A DNA stretch of 63,281 nucleotides, the filler included, from Octopus bimaculoides (lineage: Eukaryota): assembly GCF_001194135.2 (NCBI RefSeq). It is 6 parts of 5 records of this genome, joined end to end, with 100 filler letters (N's around TTAATTAATTAA, not from the genome) between each part and the next. Parts side by side here need not be neighbours in the genome. Positions count along the whole stretch, not along the records: positions 1 to 16,629 come from NC_068996.1; 5 more parts are not named here. One strand, 5' to 3'. The notes under the pieces were generated by a model that worked only from the letters and a program-made list of their open reading frames with translations, was not told the DNA's origin and ran no database searches. The position numbers and the translations under genes were made by a program. Of the stretch, positions 1 through 12,799 are shown piece by piece (positions within the stretch are counted from its first letter, which is position 1; every line of letters begins with the position of its first letter).

Positions 1-238
1 GTGTGTGTGTTTATGTTTACGTGTCTGTATTTCTCCCTCCAACTTCGCTTGACAACCGATGCTGGTGTGTTTGCGTCCCCCGTAACTTAGCGGTTCGGCA
101 AAAGAGACCGATATAATAAGTACTAGACTTACAAAGAATAAGTCCTGGGGTTGATTTGCTCGACTAAAGGTAGTGCTCCAGCATGGCCACAGTCAAATGA
201 CTGAAACAAATAAAAGAGTAAAAAGAGTAAAGAGTAAG
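1..238 (+). mobile_element. SINE family A, 3' half
   Basis: gacaaccgatgctggtg..taacttagcggttcggc..ggtgctccagcatggcc..(AAAAGAGT)n tail recurring through the window. Confidence 0.85.
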
Positions 239-242
239 GGTA

Positions 243-1060
243 TTGTATCTGAAGTCAATTACCACAGAATTAAGTTTATGTCAAGTAACTGTAAAATTAA
301 AAATTCTATATACCAATGTAAAATTACTTCAGGTTACGATGTATTTTTATATAAGCAGTTCCTCTTCTCAGCTATCTAAAAGAATTTCTAATCATTACTC
401 TCCATTTAGAGATATGAATAAACGTAGCAATGCTGGGCTTAGTAAATTAATATGGTATCTAAAAGACCACAATAAACAATTTAATTTAGATTGTTTGGTT
501 CTCTCAATTTCGATTCCTTATGATAAAGGCAAGGAATTCCGTCTTCTCTGTAATTCTGAACTATTTTTTCTTCTTTTTTCTAAAAATCCTCTCGTAAACA
601 TGGTTATAGAGCGTGCATACCGATGTAAACATTGACAGAAAAACACCTTTAGTTCATATAAGTGATATCTATCATTATATATAATTTAAACATTAATTTT
701 TTTCTTACATTTCACATTCCCTAGATATATCTTTTCCAAGACTATAGGGTTTTATTTAATTTACATACAGTTATATACCTCTCATTCATTTGTTTTTTTT
801 TTCTTTCCTTTACCCCGCCTCTTTCTATAGGCTACCTTTGACGTTATATCCTCTAACGTTTTTTTTTTTAATACTTAATACCGTTCAGTTAATCACTATA
901 CATATCCATCATATTCTGTTAAAATGTCTTATTGACGAGTTTCATTTCCCTGAAGAGAAGATTACATTGTTTTGCACCATTTTATTCCTTTGGATTAATA
1001 CCAGTGATATCTTTGAAACATGTGTCGGAAGTAAAAGAATTTGAATAACACCTGCATTTT
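243..1060 (+). mobile_element. Degenerate Penelope-like element 3' part: GIY-YIG endonuclease C-terminus plus tail/pLTR
   Basis: ORF 243-635 (SKRISNHYSPFR..RSNAGLSKLIWYLKD..FNL....SIPYDKG...LLCNSE) fits the PLE GIY-YIG pattern RY.NH..SF...T.LSK.IW.LK...LC..EK; hammerhead motif follows on the same strand. Confidence 0.75.
946..1030 (+). ncRNA. Type I hammerhead ribozyme motif (PLE-associated)
   Basis: TTCC-CTGAAGA-GAAGAT-[46 nt]-ATCTTT-GAAAC-ATGT-GTC-GGAA: helix I TTCC/GGAA, canonical core, helix II 6 bp, GUC triplet. Confidence 0.75.
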
Positions 1061-1455
1061 ACTANNNNNNNNNNNNNNNNNNNNNNNNNNNNNNNNNNNN
1101 NNNNNNNNNNNNNNNNNNNNNNNNNNNNNNNNNNNNNNNNNNNNNNNNNNNNNNNNNNNNNNNNNNNNNNNNNNNNNNNNNNNNNNNNNNNNNNNNNNNN
1201 NNNNNNNNNNNNNNNNNNNNNNNNNNNNNNNNNNNNNNNNNNNNNNNNNNNNNNNNNNNNNNNNNNNNNNNNNNNNNNNNNNNNNNNNNNNNNNNNNNNN
1301 NNNNNNNNNNNNNNNNNNNNNNNNNNNNNNNNNNNNNNNNNNNNNNNNNNNNNNNNNNNNNNNNNNNNNNNNNNNNNNNNNNNNNNNNNNNNNNNNNNNN
1401 NNNNNNNNNNNNNNNNNNNNNNNNNNNNNNNNNNNNNNNNNNNATATATATATAC

Positions 1456-1604
1456 GACGGTCTTATTTCAGTTTCCGTCTACCAAATCCACTCATAAGCC
1501 CGAGGCTATAGTAGAAGACACTTGACCAAGGTGCCACGCAGTGAGACTGAATCCGGAAACATGTAGCTGGGAAGCAAACTTCTTACCACACAGACACGCC
1601 TGCA
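1456..1604 (-). mobile_element. SINE family A, 5' half
   Basis: tRNA-like head tggtaagaag..gttcagtc..cttggtcaagtgtcttctactatagcc on -. Confidence 0.8.
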
Positions 1605-1789
1605 TTTCAGTTTTTATGATTTTAAGTAACGGCTTGCTATAATTAACCTCTTCATTTTGGTCGGAGTTAATTTATTGCTCGTAAAAACGCCTCTAGCTTC
1701 GAAGTGATTTGAGATAACCTCTTTTCGTAAAAAAATAGAAAATGTTATTGTATTGCGGTTAAAATAATTTATATGTTCAATCTTTATCT

Positions 1790-2170
1790 TTTATCTTTTA
1801 CTTGTTTCAGTCAGCAGACTGTGGCCATGCTGGGGCACCGCCTTGAAGAATTTTTAGCCGAATTATTCGATCCCAGTGTTTATGATTGTTTTTTTAGCTT
1901 GGTACTTATTCTGTCGTGTTCTTTTGATCAACTGCTAAGTTACGAAGACGTAAACACACTAACGTTGGTTGTCGATCGCTGGTGGGTAACTAACACAGAC
2001 ACAAAGACACACACACGACGGGTATCTTTCAGTTTCCCTCTACCAAATCCACTCACAAATCTTTATTCGGCCCGAGGATATAGTAGAAGGCCAAGATGCA
2101 ATGCATTTGGGAGTGAACCTGGAACCATGTGGTTGGGAAGCAAACTTTTTACCATACGGCCACTCCTACG
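1790..2170 (-). mobile_element. SINE family A, full length
   Basis: Head, internal (AC)n and 3' body. Confidence 0.85.
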
Positions 2171-2484
2171 TTTATCGTCTTTGATGATTTTTAAAATAAT
2201 ACATTTAATACTTATTGTACTTTATGTTATGACAGTTGTCTTCACGTGGATGGACATCGGTAAACGTTGAAAACATTAGCTAAAGAATCGAGAAACTAAA
2301 GCTTTTGCATAGAAACATTGCTTAGTATTTACTTCGACGGAGTTACAAATGCACTTAATTGCCACTCGCGCTATCATAAATGCAGTGGATAAGTGATTCC
2401 TCTATGACGTAGTAATTCAGTAAATGTTATACGAAATTAAAAACTACAAATAACTTAGGCACAGGCGCGACTGTATGGATATAG

Positions 2485-2910
2485 GTGCAGGTGTAGCTGT
2501 GTGGTAAGAAGCTTGATTCCTAGCCACATAGTTCCAGACTCAGTGCCACTGCGTGATACCTTGGGCAAGTGTTTTCCCACTATAGCATTGGTCAATCAAA
2601 GCCTTGTGCGTGGATTTGGTAGACGGAAACTGAAAGAAGTCTGTTTTGTGTATGCGTGTGTGTGTGTGTGTGTGTGTGTGCGCGTCAAACAACCGGTTTT
2701 GGTCAAACAACGCTTGACTAACCGGTGTTAGTGCGCTAATCTCCCTGCCGTAACCTAGCGGTTCTGCAATAAAAGATCGATCGGATAAGCACCAGGCTTA
2801 ACAAAAAAAGAGGTATGCGGTCGATTCATTCGACTAAAAATTCTTCGAGGCGGTGCTACAGCATGGCTGCAGTCTAATTACTGTATCGAGTAAAAGGTAA
2901 AAGATAAAAA
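2485..2910 (+). mobile_element. SINE family A, full length
   Basis: Head, internal (TG)n and 3' body. Confidence 0.85.
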
Positions 2911-3079
2911 AATTAAAGCTAACCAAACCACGTAGATCTGAGTGTTGTAATACACGTTATGTCTCTGCAGTTTAACTTCAGCGAAATAAAAATGTTTAAT
3001 CTTTGCACTGTTTCTATAGAAATAATAATTGTTTTGTTAAGAAATTACTTCGTTATCAACGAGAACAACAACTTCTTCA

Positions 3080-4045
3080 TTTTTCGAAAACTACGTATTT
3101 TCAGATTCCGCTGGTCAGGAAATCCATCTGCTGTCAACATCCACTCTGTGGTGACCTTTCGATACCGTCCTTGATGACGTGGCGTCACGCGTTGAGATTG
3201 CTGCACATGTAGAAATATCTAAATCACTGCGATGATGTGAACGACGGCGACGAAAACGAGGGTGAACTTGTGCGGGCATCCTTTGTGTGACACGTCTTTC
3301 TGCAGCTCATCTCATTGACGGAGCTGCAATCGTGGGTCAAACGCAGACGAAGATTGGGCGTTGGGCATCTAGAATGTTATCAGGCGCTCACTGCACTGTG
3401 ACACATAGACAAAACCGTCAGCGGGAAAACAACTTAAGATTTCTTTAGGGGATAACGGAAGGCATGAGCAACGATAGCTTAAGATTGACTCTAAGCATCG
3501 ACAAGAAAAACCTGATTGGTCTCTTCCGGAGAACTTTCGGAAAATCATAGACAATTTCAAAAGACTTTAGCATGGCAGTGCTACAGCAGGGGTGGGGTGG
3601 AATTGACTGTTCAAGACAAGCTCTTCAGGCATGGAAGTGCTTAACAGCCGACCTGCCTGAGATGCATGCAGAGGGACGAAACCATCCTGTCAGCAATCGT
3701 TCAGTGTCCGTGCATCAGAGACTTGTGGGCTTGTATAGAGCAGTTGCTGTCTCGTGTAAGACAAATCCATCTGTCCGCCGAGCATATAGTGAAGATCAAT
3801 ACGAGTTTTTTTATGTGGGATGTGCACCGGATTACCCCAGGTGCACGGCCCCAATTTTAAGGATCTATTTATTCATTTATTATTTCTCTAACTTCTATCT
3901 ATATATCCTTTGTTATAACCTTTAATACTCTTGTCTTTCCATTTGATCGAGGTAAAACCTCACCCCATTTTTTGTGTGTTGTACCTCGTCCTTTTGAAAT
4001 TGTCCTCCATGTTTTAGGTCTTTGTAGTCAATGAAAGAAATGATC
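3080..4045 (+). mobile_element. Degenerate Tx1/L1-clade LINE 3' end (zf-RVT region and 3' UTR)
   Basis: LAWQCY..LTVQDKLFRHGS..PTCLRCMQRDETILSAIVQCPCIRDLW fits the L1/Tx1 C-terminal CCHC region; clear DNA homology to 52270-53040. Confidence 0.7.
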
Positions 4046-4425
4046 ATTATTATTATTATTGCCTTTGCACAGCTTCTAACGCTACAAATGTATTACAGTG
4101 TCAGTTGTTCACTACCATTTGTTTTGCTATGCATGCTAAAATTATCACCATTTTAGAGGGAGAGTGCTTTCCGTAGTATATGGGCTGTACCCATCAGGGT
4201 TATCTTTTGTAGTTCACGGAGATTGGAGTTACCAGGAAGTTGCTTAATATACTTCTCAGCTCCCTTCTTTATCATTCCGAACCCACCAATTACTACTGGT
4301 ATTATCGTAGTACACATTTTTGTGATTTCAATTTGCAGATCTTTGTAGTGAGAAAGCTTTTCGTATTCCTTTCTTGGAACATTTTGATCTTGTGGGACAA
4401 ACATATCTATTAACAGACTTGTTCC
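4046..4425 (-). mobile_element. 5'-truncated RLE LINE (R4/Dong-like) 3' end with (AAT)n tail
   Basis: LLIDMFVP.DQNV..KEYEKLSHYKDLQIEI...IIPVVIG.FG...LQKITLMGTAHILRKALS. Confidence 0.8.
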
Positions 4426-4429
4426 TCTG

Positions 4430-4437
4430 CTGTAGTC

Positions 4438-4478
<41 letters not shown>

Positions 4479-6600
4479 CTAGTCTTATTTTTATAGTGTG
4501 CTTTCACTTCACTACCGACCGCAGTTCTGTGTGCCTTGGGTATGTGCTGTGGAATGTTGTGGTGCTTTTATTTTTACTATATTGAAAGTGTTTTACGTAG
4601 GGTGTGTGCGGTGCCTAGTAGTGCTATTTTCTGTATGTTAATTATAATGGTAAATCTTAGTGTTTTTATTGTGCATTTGTCTGAATGTTTTTTTTTATTA
4701 TACCTAAGGCGCCTACTATGATAGGAATTGTTTCTGTTTTTAGGTTTCACATTCGAGTTATCTCTATTTCTAGATCTTTGTATTTTGAAAGTTTCTCCGT
4801 TTCTTTTAGAGAAATGTTGTCATCTGCTGGTATTGATACATCAATTAGAATGCATTTTTTTTCTTGGTCATCTCTGACAACTATATCCGGCCTATTGGCC
4901 TTAATTTTTTTATCTGTGTATATTGGCATATCCCAGAGTATGGCTAGTTTCTCATTTCCTGTGACCTTTTCTGCTGTGTGCCTATACCATTTTTTCTGTT
5001 GTTATTCCATAGTGTTGGCATAGCTTCCAGTGTATATAGGTTCCACCTTTGTCGTGTCTGTGAATATATTCCTTCTTAGCCAGGACTGAGCAGCCAGAGA
5101 CAATATGATTTATTGTTTCTCCTCTACCACCACATATTCTGCAGTTACTTATCATGTTTCTTTTCAATATGTGCTTTCGGTGATTTCTGGTGGGAACGCT
5201 TTGATCTTGTGTTGCAATTAAAAATCTTTCGGTCTCTTTTTTTAGTCCTGAGCTTCTCAGTCATTGTTGGGGGTTTTGCTTGTCTATTTCTTTATGTTTA
5301 GCTTAACCCAATATTTGCATGTAGGGGGCTTTCTTGCCATTGTTTTATCATGATCCGTTGCTGTTCCAGTTTTAGTTTGAACTTCAGTTGTTTTACAGCT
5401 TCTGTTGTTTCTTCTTTTTCCTCGTAGTTGTTAGGTACTATGACTTCTTCTTGTATTTGTCAGCTTCCTTAAAGACGGAAAACAGTTTTTTGTTTTGCTC
5501 GTGTTTTGTAGCTATTTGTATTAGTTTTCCTTGCTTCTGAAGTAGATATTTTTGTAATCCTATGGTGGTTATTTTGTAATAGTTTTCTAGCTGTATAAGG
5601 CCTCTATCACCTTTATACGTTGTATATATAACCTTTCTATCTCAGATTTTGAGTGGTGCATCCTAAATCCTGTCAGTATTTTTCTTGTTTTCCTCTCTAT
5701 TGTGATTAGTTCATTTAGAGTCCAGTTAAGAATATTGTAGCTGTAACTTATAACTGGGACGGCTAGAGTGTTGATACCTATGATCTTGTTTTTCGCATTG
5801 AGCTCTTTTTCAGTATTAATGTAACTTGTCTATAGTATTCCTTTCTTATTTTCTCTTTCATTTGTGTATTGTATCATATCTAGTTCATTGATTTCTAAGT
5901 ATGCTTGGCTTTGGTCTAATTCTCATATTTCATTTGTTTTATCTAATGTGATATTATTACTCTTAACTAGTTTTCCTCTTTTCAAGGTTGCTTTGGCACA
6001 TTTTTCTAAGCCAAATTTCGTATCTATTTCCTTGGTAAATCTATGCACTGTCTGTAGTAACGTTTTCAGTCATTTATCATTTGCAGCATAGTTTTAAATC
6101 ATCCATATACAAGAGATGGTTGATTGTTTAGCCATAACAGTTGTATCTATCTACATTCAGTTCTGTTTAGCATATCAGACAGAGGTGTCAGTGCCAAGCA
6201 GAAAAGGAGTGGAGAGCGCAGGTATCCCTAGAATATTCCTCTTCTAATGGGGATGGCTTTGGTTTTTATGCGCCCCTCTTTTGTCTGGAGCTTACTCATG
6301 GAATGTTTTATATAATTTCTGATTATGGGTGCTCCCTTATCCATAGCTAGTGTTTCTAGGATCAATATGTGGGTAATGCTATCAAATTCCTTTCGATAAT
6401 CGATCCAAGCTATACTTAGAACTTTCTTTTTCTTATGGCTGCCTTCAGTTATGGCTTTCTTGACCAATAGTTGATCTTTACATCCGTATGAGCCCTTGCA
6501 ATATCCCTTCTACTCTTCTGGAAACCGATTGTTTTCTTCCAGATGTCTGCCCATTCTCTGCGATATTATAGCACTAAAGGTTTTATAAATTGTAAGGAGA
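4430..6600 (-). mobile_element. Degenerate RLE LINE (R4/Dong-like): RT, CCHC knuckle, restriction-like endonuclease, (AAT)n tail
   Basis: RT motifs IAWIDYRKEFDS and IPIRRGIF; CRICG..GETINHIVSGC; ANRPDIVV..LIDVSIP..EKLSKYKDLEIEI; many stops and frameshifts. Confidence 0.9.
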
Positions 6601-6603
6601 CAT

Positions 6604-7272
6604 TATCATTGTTGTTGTTGTTGTTGTTGTTGCTATTATTATTATTGTTCAGTAGTTTTATTTTTATAACGTGCTTTCACTTCACTACCGAGCGCAGCTC
6701 TGTGTCTTGGGTATGTGCTGTGGTTTGCTGTGATGCTCTTATGGTTACTGTATCGAAAGTGTTTTGCGTAGGATGTGTGCAGTGCCCAGTAGTGCAATTT
6801 TCTGTATGTAAGTCCTGGTGTTTTTGTTATGTATTTGTCTGAATATTTTTATCATACCTAATGCGCCCTCTATGATAGGAATTGTTTCTGTTTTTAGGCT
6901 CCACATTTGAATTATCTCTATTTCCAGGTCTTTGTATTTTGAAAGTTTCTCCATTCCTCTTATATTGATACGTCGATGAGAAAGCATTTGTTTTCTTGAT
7001 GATCTCTGACAACTATATCTGGCCTATTGGCCTTAATTTCTCTATCTGTGTGTATTGGCATACCCCATAGTAATGTCGCTTTCTCGTTTTCTGTGACCTT
7101 TTCTGGCGTGTGCCTATACCATCTTTTTTCTGTTGTTATTCCATAGTGTTAGCATAGCTTCCAGTGTATGTAGGTCCCAGCTCTGTCGTGTCTGTGAATA
7201 TATTCCTTCTTAGCCAGGACTGGGCAGCCAGAGATAATATGATTTATTCTTTCTTGTCCATCTCTACATATT
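6604..7272 (-). mobile_element. 5'-truncated R4/Dong-like LINE copy
   Basis: Same 3' UTR (gtgctttcacttcactaccgagcgc on +) and KYKDLEIEI..WSLKTETIPII..IQKIALLGTAHILRKTLS; (AAT)/(AAC) tail. Confidence 0.88.
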
Positions 7273-7277
7273 CTGCA

Positions 7278-8904
7278 TATTATTATTATTATTATTGTTC
7301 AGTAGTTTTATTTTTATAACGTGCTTTCACTTCACTACCGAGCGCAACTCTGTGCGCCTTGGGTATGTGCTGTGGTTTGCTGTGGTGCTCTTATGTTTAC
7401 TGTATTGAAAGTGTTTTGCGTAGAATGTGTGCAGTACCCAGTAGTGCAATTTTCTGTATGTTATATATATTTGTAAGTCCTGGTGTTTTTGTTATGTATT
7501 TGTCTGAATATTTTTTATTATACCTAAGGCGCCTACTATGATAGGAATTGTTTCTGTTTTTAGATTCCACATTCGAGTTATCTCTATTTCCAGGTCTTTG
7601 TATTTTGAAAGTTTTTCCATTTCTNNNNNNNNNNNNNNNNNNNNNNNNNNNNNNNNNNNNNNNNNNNNNNNNNNNNNNNNNNNNNNNNNNNNNNNNNNNN
7701 NNNNNNNNNNNNNNNNNNNNNNNNNNNNNNNNNNNNNNNNNNNNNNNNNNNNNNNNNNNNNNNNNNNNNNNNNNNNNNNNNNNNNNNNNNNNNNNNNNNN
7801 NNNNNNNNNNNNNNNNNNNNNNNNNNNNNNNNNNNNNNNNNNNNNNNNNNNNNNNNNNNNNNNNNNNNNNNNNNNNNNNNNNNNNNNNNNNNNNNNNNNN
7901 NNNNNNNNNNNNNNNNNNNNNNNNNNNNNNNNNNNNNNNNNNNNNNNNNNNNNNNNNNNNNNNNNNNNNNNNNNNNNNNNNNNNNNNNNNNNNNNNNNNN
8001 NNNNNNNNNNNNNNNNNNNNNNNNNNNNNNNNNNNNNNNNNNNNNNNNNNNNNNNNNNNNNNNNNNNNNNNNNNNNNNNNNNNNNNNNNNNNNNNNNNNN
8101 NNNNNNNNNNNNNNNNNNNNNNNNNNNNNNNNNNNNNNNNNNNNNNNNNNNNNNNNNNNNNNNNNNNNNNNNNNNNNNNNNNNNNNNNNNNNNNNNNNNN
8201 NNNNNNNNNNNNNNNNNNNNNNNNNNNNNNNNNNNNNNNNNNNNNNNNNNNNNNNNNNNNNNNNNNNNNNNNNNNNNNNNNNNNNNNNNNNNNNNNNNNN
8301 NNNNNNNNNNNNNNNNNNNNNNNNNNNNNNNNNNNNNNNNNNNNNNNNNNNNNNNNNNNNNNNNNNNNNNNNNNNNNNNNNNNNNNNNNNNNNNNNNNNN
8401 NNNNNNNNNNNNNNNNNNNNNNNNNNNNNNNNNNNNNNNNNNNNNNNNNNNNNNNNNNNNNNNNNNNNNNNNNNNNNNNNNNNNNNNNNTTCTTCTTCTT
8501 CTTCTTCTTCTTCTTCTTCTTCTTCTTCTTCTTCTTCTTCTTCTTCTTCTTCTTCGTATTTGTTAGGTAGATTGATTTCTTGTTTGTATTTGTCAGCTTC
8601 CTTAAATACTGAAAATAGCTTTTTGTTTTGCTTGTGTTTTGTGGCTATTTGTATTAGTTTCCCTTGCTTTTGGAGTAGGTATTTTTGCAGTCCTATGGTG
8701 GTTATTTTATAATAGTTTTCTAGCTGTATAAGACCCCTGCCACCTTCTGTGCGTTGTATATATAGCCTTTCTATGTCAGATTTTGGGTGGTGCATCCTAT
8801 ATCCTGTCATTATTTTTCTTGTTTTCCTGTCTATTTTACATAGTTCGTTTAGTGTCCAGTTAAGGATGTTGTAGCTGTAGCTTATAACTGGGACAGCTAA
8901 AGTG
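7278..8904 (-). mobile_element. R4/Dong-like LINE copy spanning an assembly gap
   Basis: 3' end at 7278-7624; MHHPKSDIERLYIQRTEGGRGLIQLE (post-RT motif) at 8560-8810. Confidence 0.88.
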
Positions 8905-9121
8905 NNNNNNNNNNNNNNNNNNNNNNNNNNNNNNNNNNNNNNNNNNNNNNNNNNNNNNNNNNNNNNNNNNNNNNNNNNNNNNNNNNNNNNNNNNNNNNNN
9001 NNNNNNNNNNNNNNNNNNNNNNNNNNNNNNNNNNNNNNNNNNNNNNNNNNNNNNNNNNNNNNNNNNNNNNNNNNNNNNNNNNNNNNNNNNNNNNNNNNNN
9101 NNNNNNNNNNNNNNNNNNNNN

Positions 9122-9287
<166 letters not shown>

Positions 9288-10704
9288 AGTGAGAGAGCAG
9301 TGCATGCCATCAAAGTGACACTGGGGTAAAATATACGAAGCCCATTATACCCATCATGACTACCCGTCTGAATGTTAAAACCCTACATCTTATATTTCTT
9401 ACTTTCTAGCATTTTATTAGGTTCATTTTCATACTGCTTCTCAGTACAGTCAAATCCTAGCTTTCTACATAACTCCCAGTAGACTATTCTCCGTAAGTTG
9501 TCATGTCTTGTCTTGTATTCTGTCTGTGACAGCATAGTACATTCACTTACTATATGAATAATAATTTCTTCCTTTGATTTACATAACCAGCATTGGGTAT
9601 CTACCTGGTTTTTGTCTCTCTTGGCTTTTATCCTATTAGTCCTCACTGCTTGGTCTTGTGCTGCTATTAATAGGCTTTCTTGATTCGGCTTTCTTCTCTG
9701 CAATTATAACCATGTCTCATTATTACTATTTCTTGCAACTATTTTTGAGAATCTCCTATCTACCATGCAAAGCATTCTCTTACCAGTGAGATAATCTTGC
9801 TTTTTCTGAATTTTAACTACATTCGTCGTTTTGGCTTTCCTATATCCTGCCTCTGTTACACAAGCTCTTAAAATGTCTTCACTATTGTCTACATAGGAAG
9901 CTATATCTACTCCATAGTCCTCTGCTGATACTAACCCTCTACCATCTTCCTTTTTAGGTAAATACAATATTACTACTCCTGCTATATGGTGAAGTCCTCC
10001 CTTCATATTGATTTCCTTCAGAGTTCTGTTTAGATTTGCTAACTTAGATTTTGTCCAATCTCAAAAGCTGCTGGATATATAAGTAACGATACTGCCGAAA
10101 TATTTACAACCTACACTAGATTCAGACAAATAAGCTTCGACTTCATTAACTTCCTCACCCTTCTGATGTACTTTCCCCTTCATTTTTATATTTAGTACTC
10201 CATCAGAGTCTTATACTCAGGGATACTTATAACTTGTTCGTTCAGTGATTTTATTATCTAGCCTTCTGGTAGCTGAATATCTTCATTATGTGTGCCTTTT
10301 TTTATTACTAACATTATACACTTATCTATGCCAAATTTGATACCTATATCTTTGCTGAAGAGTCTTACAGTTTATATTAAAGAGCCTATCTCTTATTTTT
10401 ACTAAAAAGCTTCAGATCATCCATGTGAAACAAATGAATAATTTTTCCTTTACCATTTCTAAACTGATTTTTCCTTGCTTAATACTAAACTAGTGAGGTG
10501 GGGTTAAACACAATACAAGTATTAAGAAGGATAACGATTTACTTTCCATTTCTTCATTTTAAAGCTAATGAACTCTTTTATATTGTTTTCAACAGTGAAT
10601 ATACTCAAACTTTCACTTATCCATGAGTGTGAAATCATGTACATAGGCTTTCTTATAATCTTTCAGTTATTATGGATATGAAGATCTAAGTGATATTAAT
10701 TTCA

Positions 10705-10915
10705 AATCTGAGCACAAGGCCAGGAATTTTAGGGGAAGGATAAGTCGACTACTTCGACTCCAGTTCTCAACTGGTACTTATTCTATCGATCTCGAAAGGA
10801 CGAAAGGTAAAGTTGACTGCGGTGGAATTTGAACTCCGAAAGTAAAGAAGGACGAAATGCCGCTAAGCATTTTTCCCGGAATGCTAACAATTCTACCAGC
10901 TCACCGCCTTGATCT
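10705..10915 (-). mobile_element. SINE family B
   Basis: Family B pattern: gagctggcagaa.cgttagc..gttcaaattccgccgaggtcgactttgcctttcatcctttcggggtcga..taagtaccag. Confidence 0.75.
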
Positions 10916-11104
10916 TGTAAATGATATTGAGACATGTTATTGGTTAGTAATTCTTCAAGATTTTCTATCATCAGTTTTTTGGTAGTTGGTAGGTAGCTCC
11001 TTCAGTTAGCTAGACAGGTATTTGCTCTGAGTTCTGAATGATATCAGTTAGAAATACAGCGATACTTTCGTGTATTGTTGTGAATTCAGCAAGACAGGCA
11101 CCCA

Positions 11105-11495
11105 GTCTAGTCCAGTGTTATGTGGTAGCGAAACATGAACACTAACAAAGAAATTATCAAACGAGATACATGGCTGCTACATAAGGAGGCTACGAATGAC
11201 CTTAAATGTGAAATGGCAGCAACATCTGACTAACAAATGCCTTTATGAAGACCTGCGAAAGTTAGTGAGAAGACCAAATAAAGACGGCTACGGCTATCTG
11301 GTCACTGCATGCGCCACCTTGTACTGCAAGCATCCAAATTAATCTTGCGGAACCCACTTCATTGTGATGAAAGAAGAGAAAAGCGTCGCCACACTTATAT
11401 CGACAACTTGATCGCATTTGCCTGGAATGTATCCAGGACCTCAAGGCAGTGATGTTGAACCGAGAAGTGTGACATATGGACTTTGTTGCAGTGGC
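11105..11495 (+). mobile_element. RTE-clade LINE C-terminal fragment
   Basis: PV.LCGSET.TLTK..GCYIRRLRM.LNVKWQQH.TN..LY..RRLRLSGH. Confidence 0.7.
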
Positions 11496-11989
11496 CAAGA
11501 TTGGAACCGGGTCATAAAATAATTCCTTAATCGCAGGGAGATTTATAAGATCTGTTTTGTTTGATTTTTCAAGTTTTTTTTTTTGACATGTACTTCTCTC
11601 ACAAGTTCATCGAGACTTGATACATCCGCCCTCAGAGCCTCAATCTATTTTTGTAGTTTTACTTTCTATTCAGTAGGTTTGTTTAAACTTCTGGTTTCTT
11701 TCTTCCTTGTAATTCAAATACTTATTTGAGCACTTGCTACTTTAGCAGTGAAATAGATAAGATTAAGGTTGTTAGGTCATTTCCCTTATCTCTTAAAATC
11801 TGTTTTAGACCAAACTTATAGATCAAAATATTGTTATTATTTCTTGCACCGTTTGTATACTTTGGCAACGCTTCTCTTTTAACCATGTCGGTAAACTCAA
11901 TCTGACTGAAATTTCCAATAATGTCTCCTTTTGTCTCTATAATCTTTCTCTATTATTGTCTTCAATTTATGTGTCGTAACGTTTTCCAC

Positions 11990-12320
11990 TTTTCCTCGTT
12001 TACTTCACAGTTTTTTTTTTTGTTACCTTCTTCTTCTCCTTCGTCTCCTGCTTTTTTTTTCTTCTTCTTCATCTTCTTCGTCTTCTTCTTCATCATCTTC
12101 TTCTTCTTCTTCTTCTTCTTCTTCTTCTTCTTCTTCTTCTTTTTCTTCTTCATTATCATCCTCATCTTCTCATTTTCTTTCTTTTTGAATTGTTCTTCTC
12201 CTTCTTCCTCTTCTTCTTCGTTTCATCCTCTTCTTCCTCCTTCTTCTTGATCTTCTTCTGCTCCTTCTTCTCCTCTTTCTCCTCATTCTTCTTGTCTTTC
12301 TTCTTCATCTTCTGCCTCTT
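11990..12320 (+). repeat. (TTC)n-rich low-complexity tract
   Basis: Direct reading. Confidence 0.95.
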
Positions 12321-12799
12321 GTATAAAAATCTTTCAAAACATCTCTATATTCCTCTCTAGTCTATCTAGTGCTCTCTAGTGATTTGCTTTAGGTGGTGTT
12401 TTTGGTAGTGTTACTACAGGTCTAGGTTTAGGATTATCCTGGTGCTGAGTATCTGGTTGATCGTCATTTTGATGGTTTGTTCTAGTATCAAACTTCTCAA
12501 TCCAAGTCTTGTTCCCCACTGGGTAACGAGGTCCTTGCTGACCCGAGTGATGACCGATCCGACATGAGTTTTTGCCTCTTATAATTAAAACACTGATATT
12601 GACATATGGAGACGGGCCTGTTTGTTTAGAGTTAACTTTTTGACAGAACATCGCTTCCGAGTTCTTTGAATGTATATAATTCCCTTGTTGACCGTAGGTA
12701 TGATTTAATAAGTTTTAGTTTTGAAAAGTTTCTTTCGCCTTATGCAATTCTTACGGGCATTGTTAAGTAAATCCTCAAAGCAATAAAACCATTAGGAAA

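Noticed and set aside
7584-8810. 408-aa ORF with poly-Glu
   Set aside because: LINE fragment plus (GAA)n microsatellite plus N gap; not a real protein.
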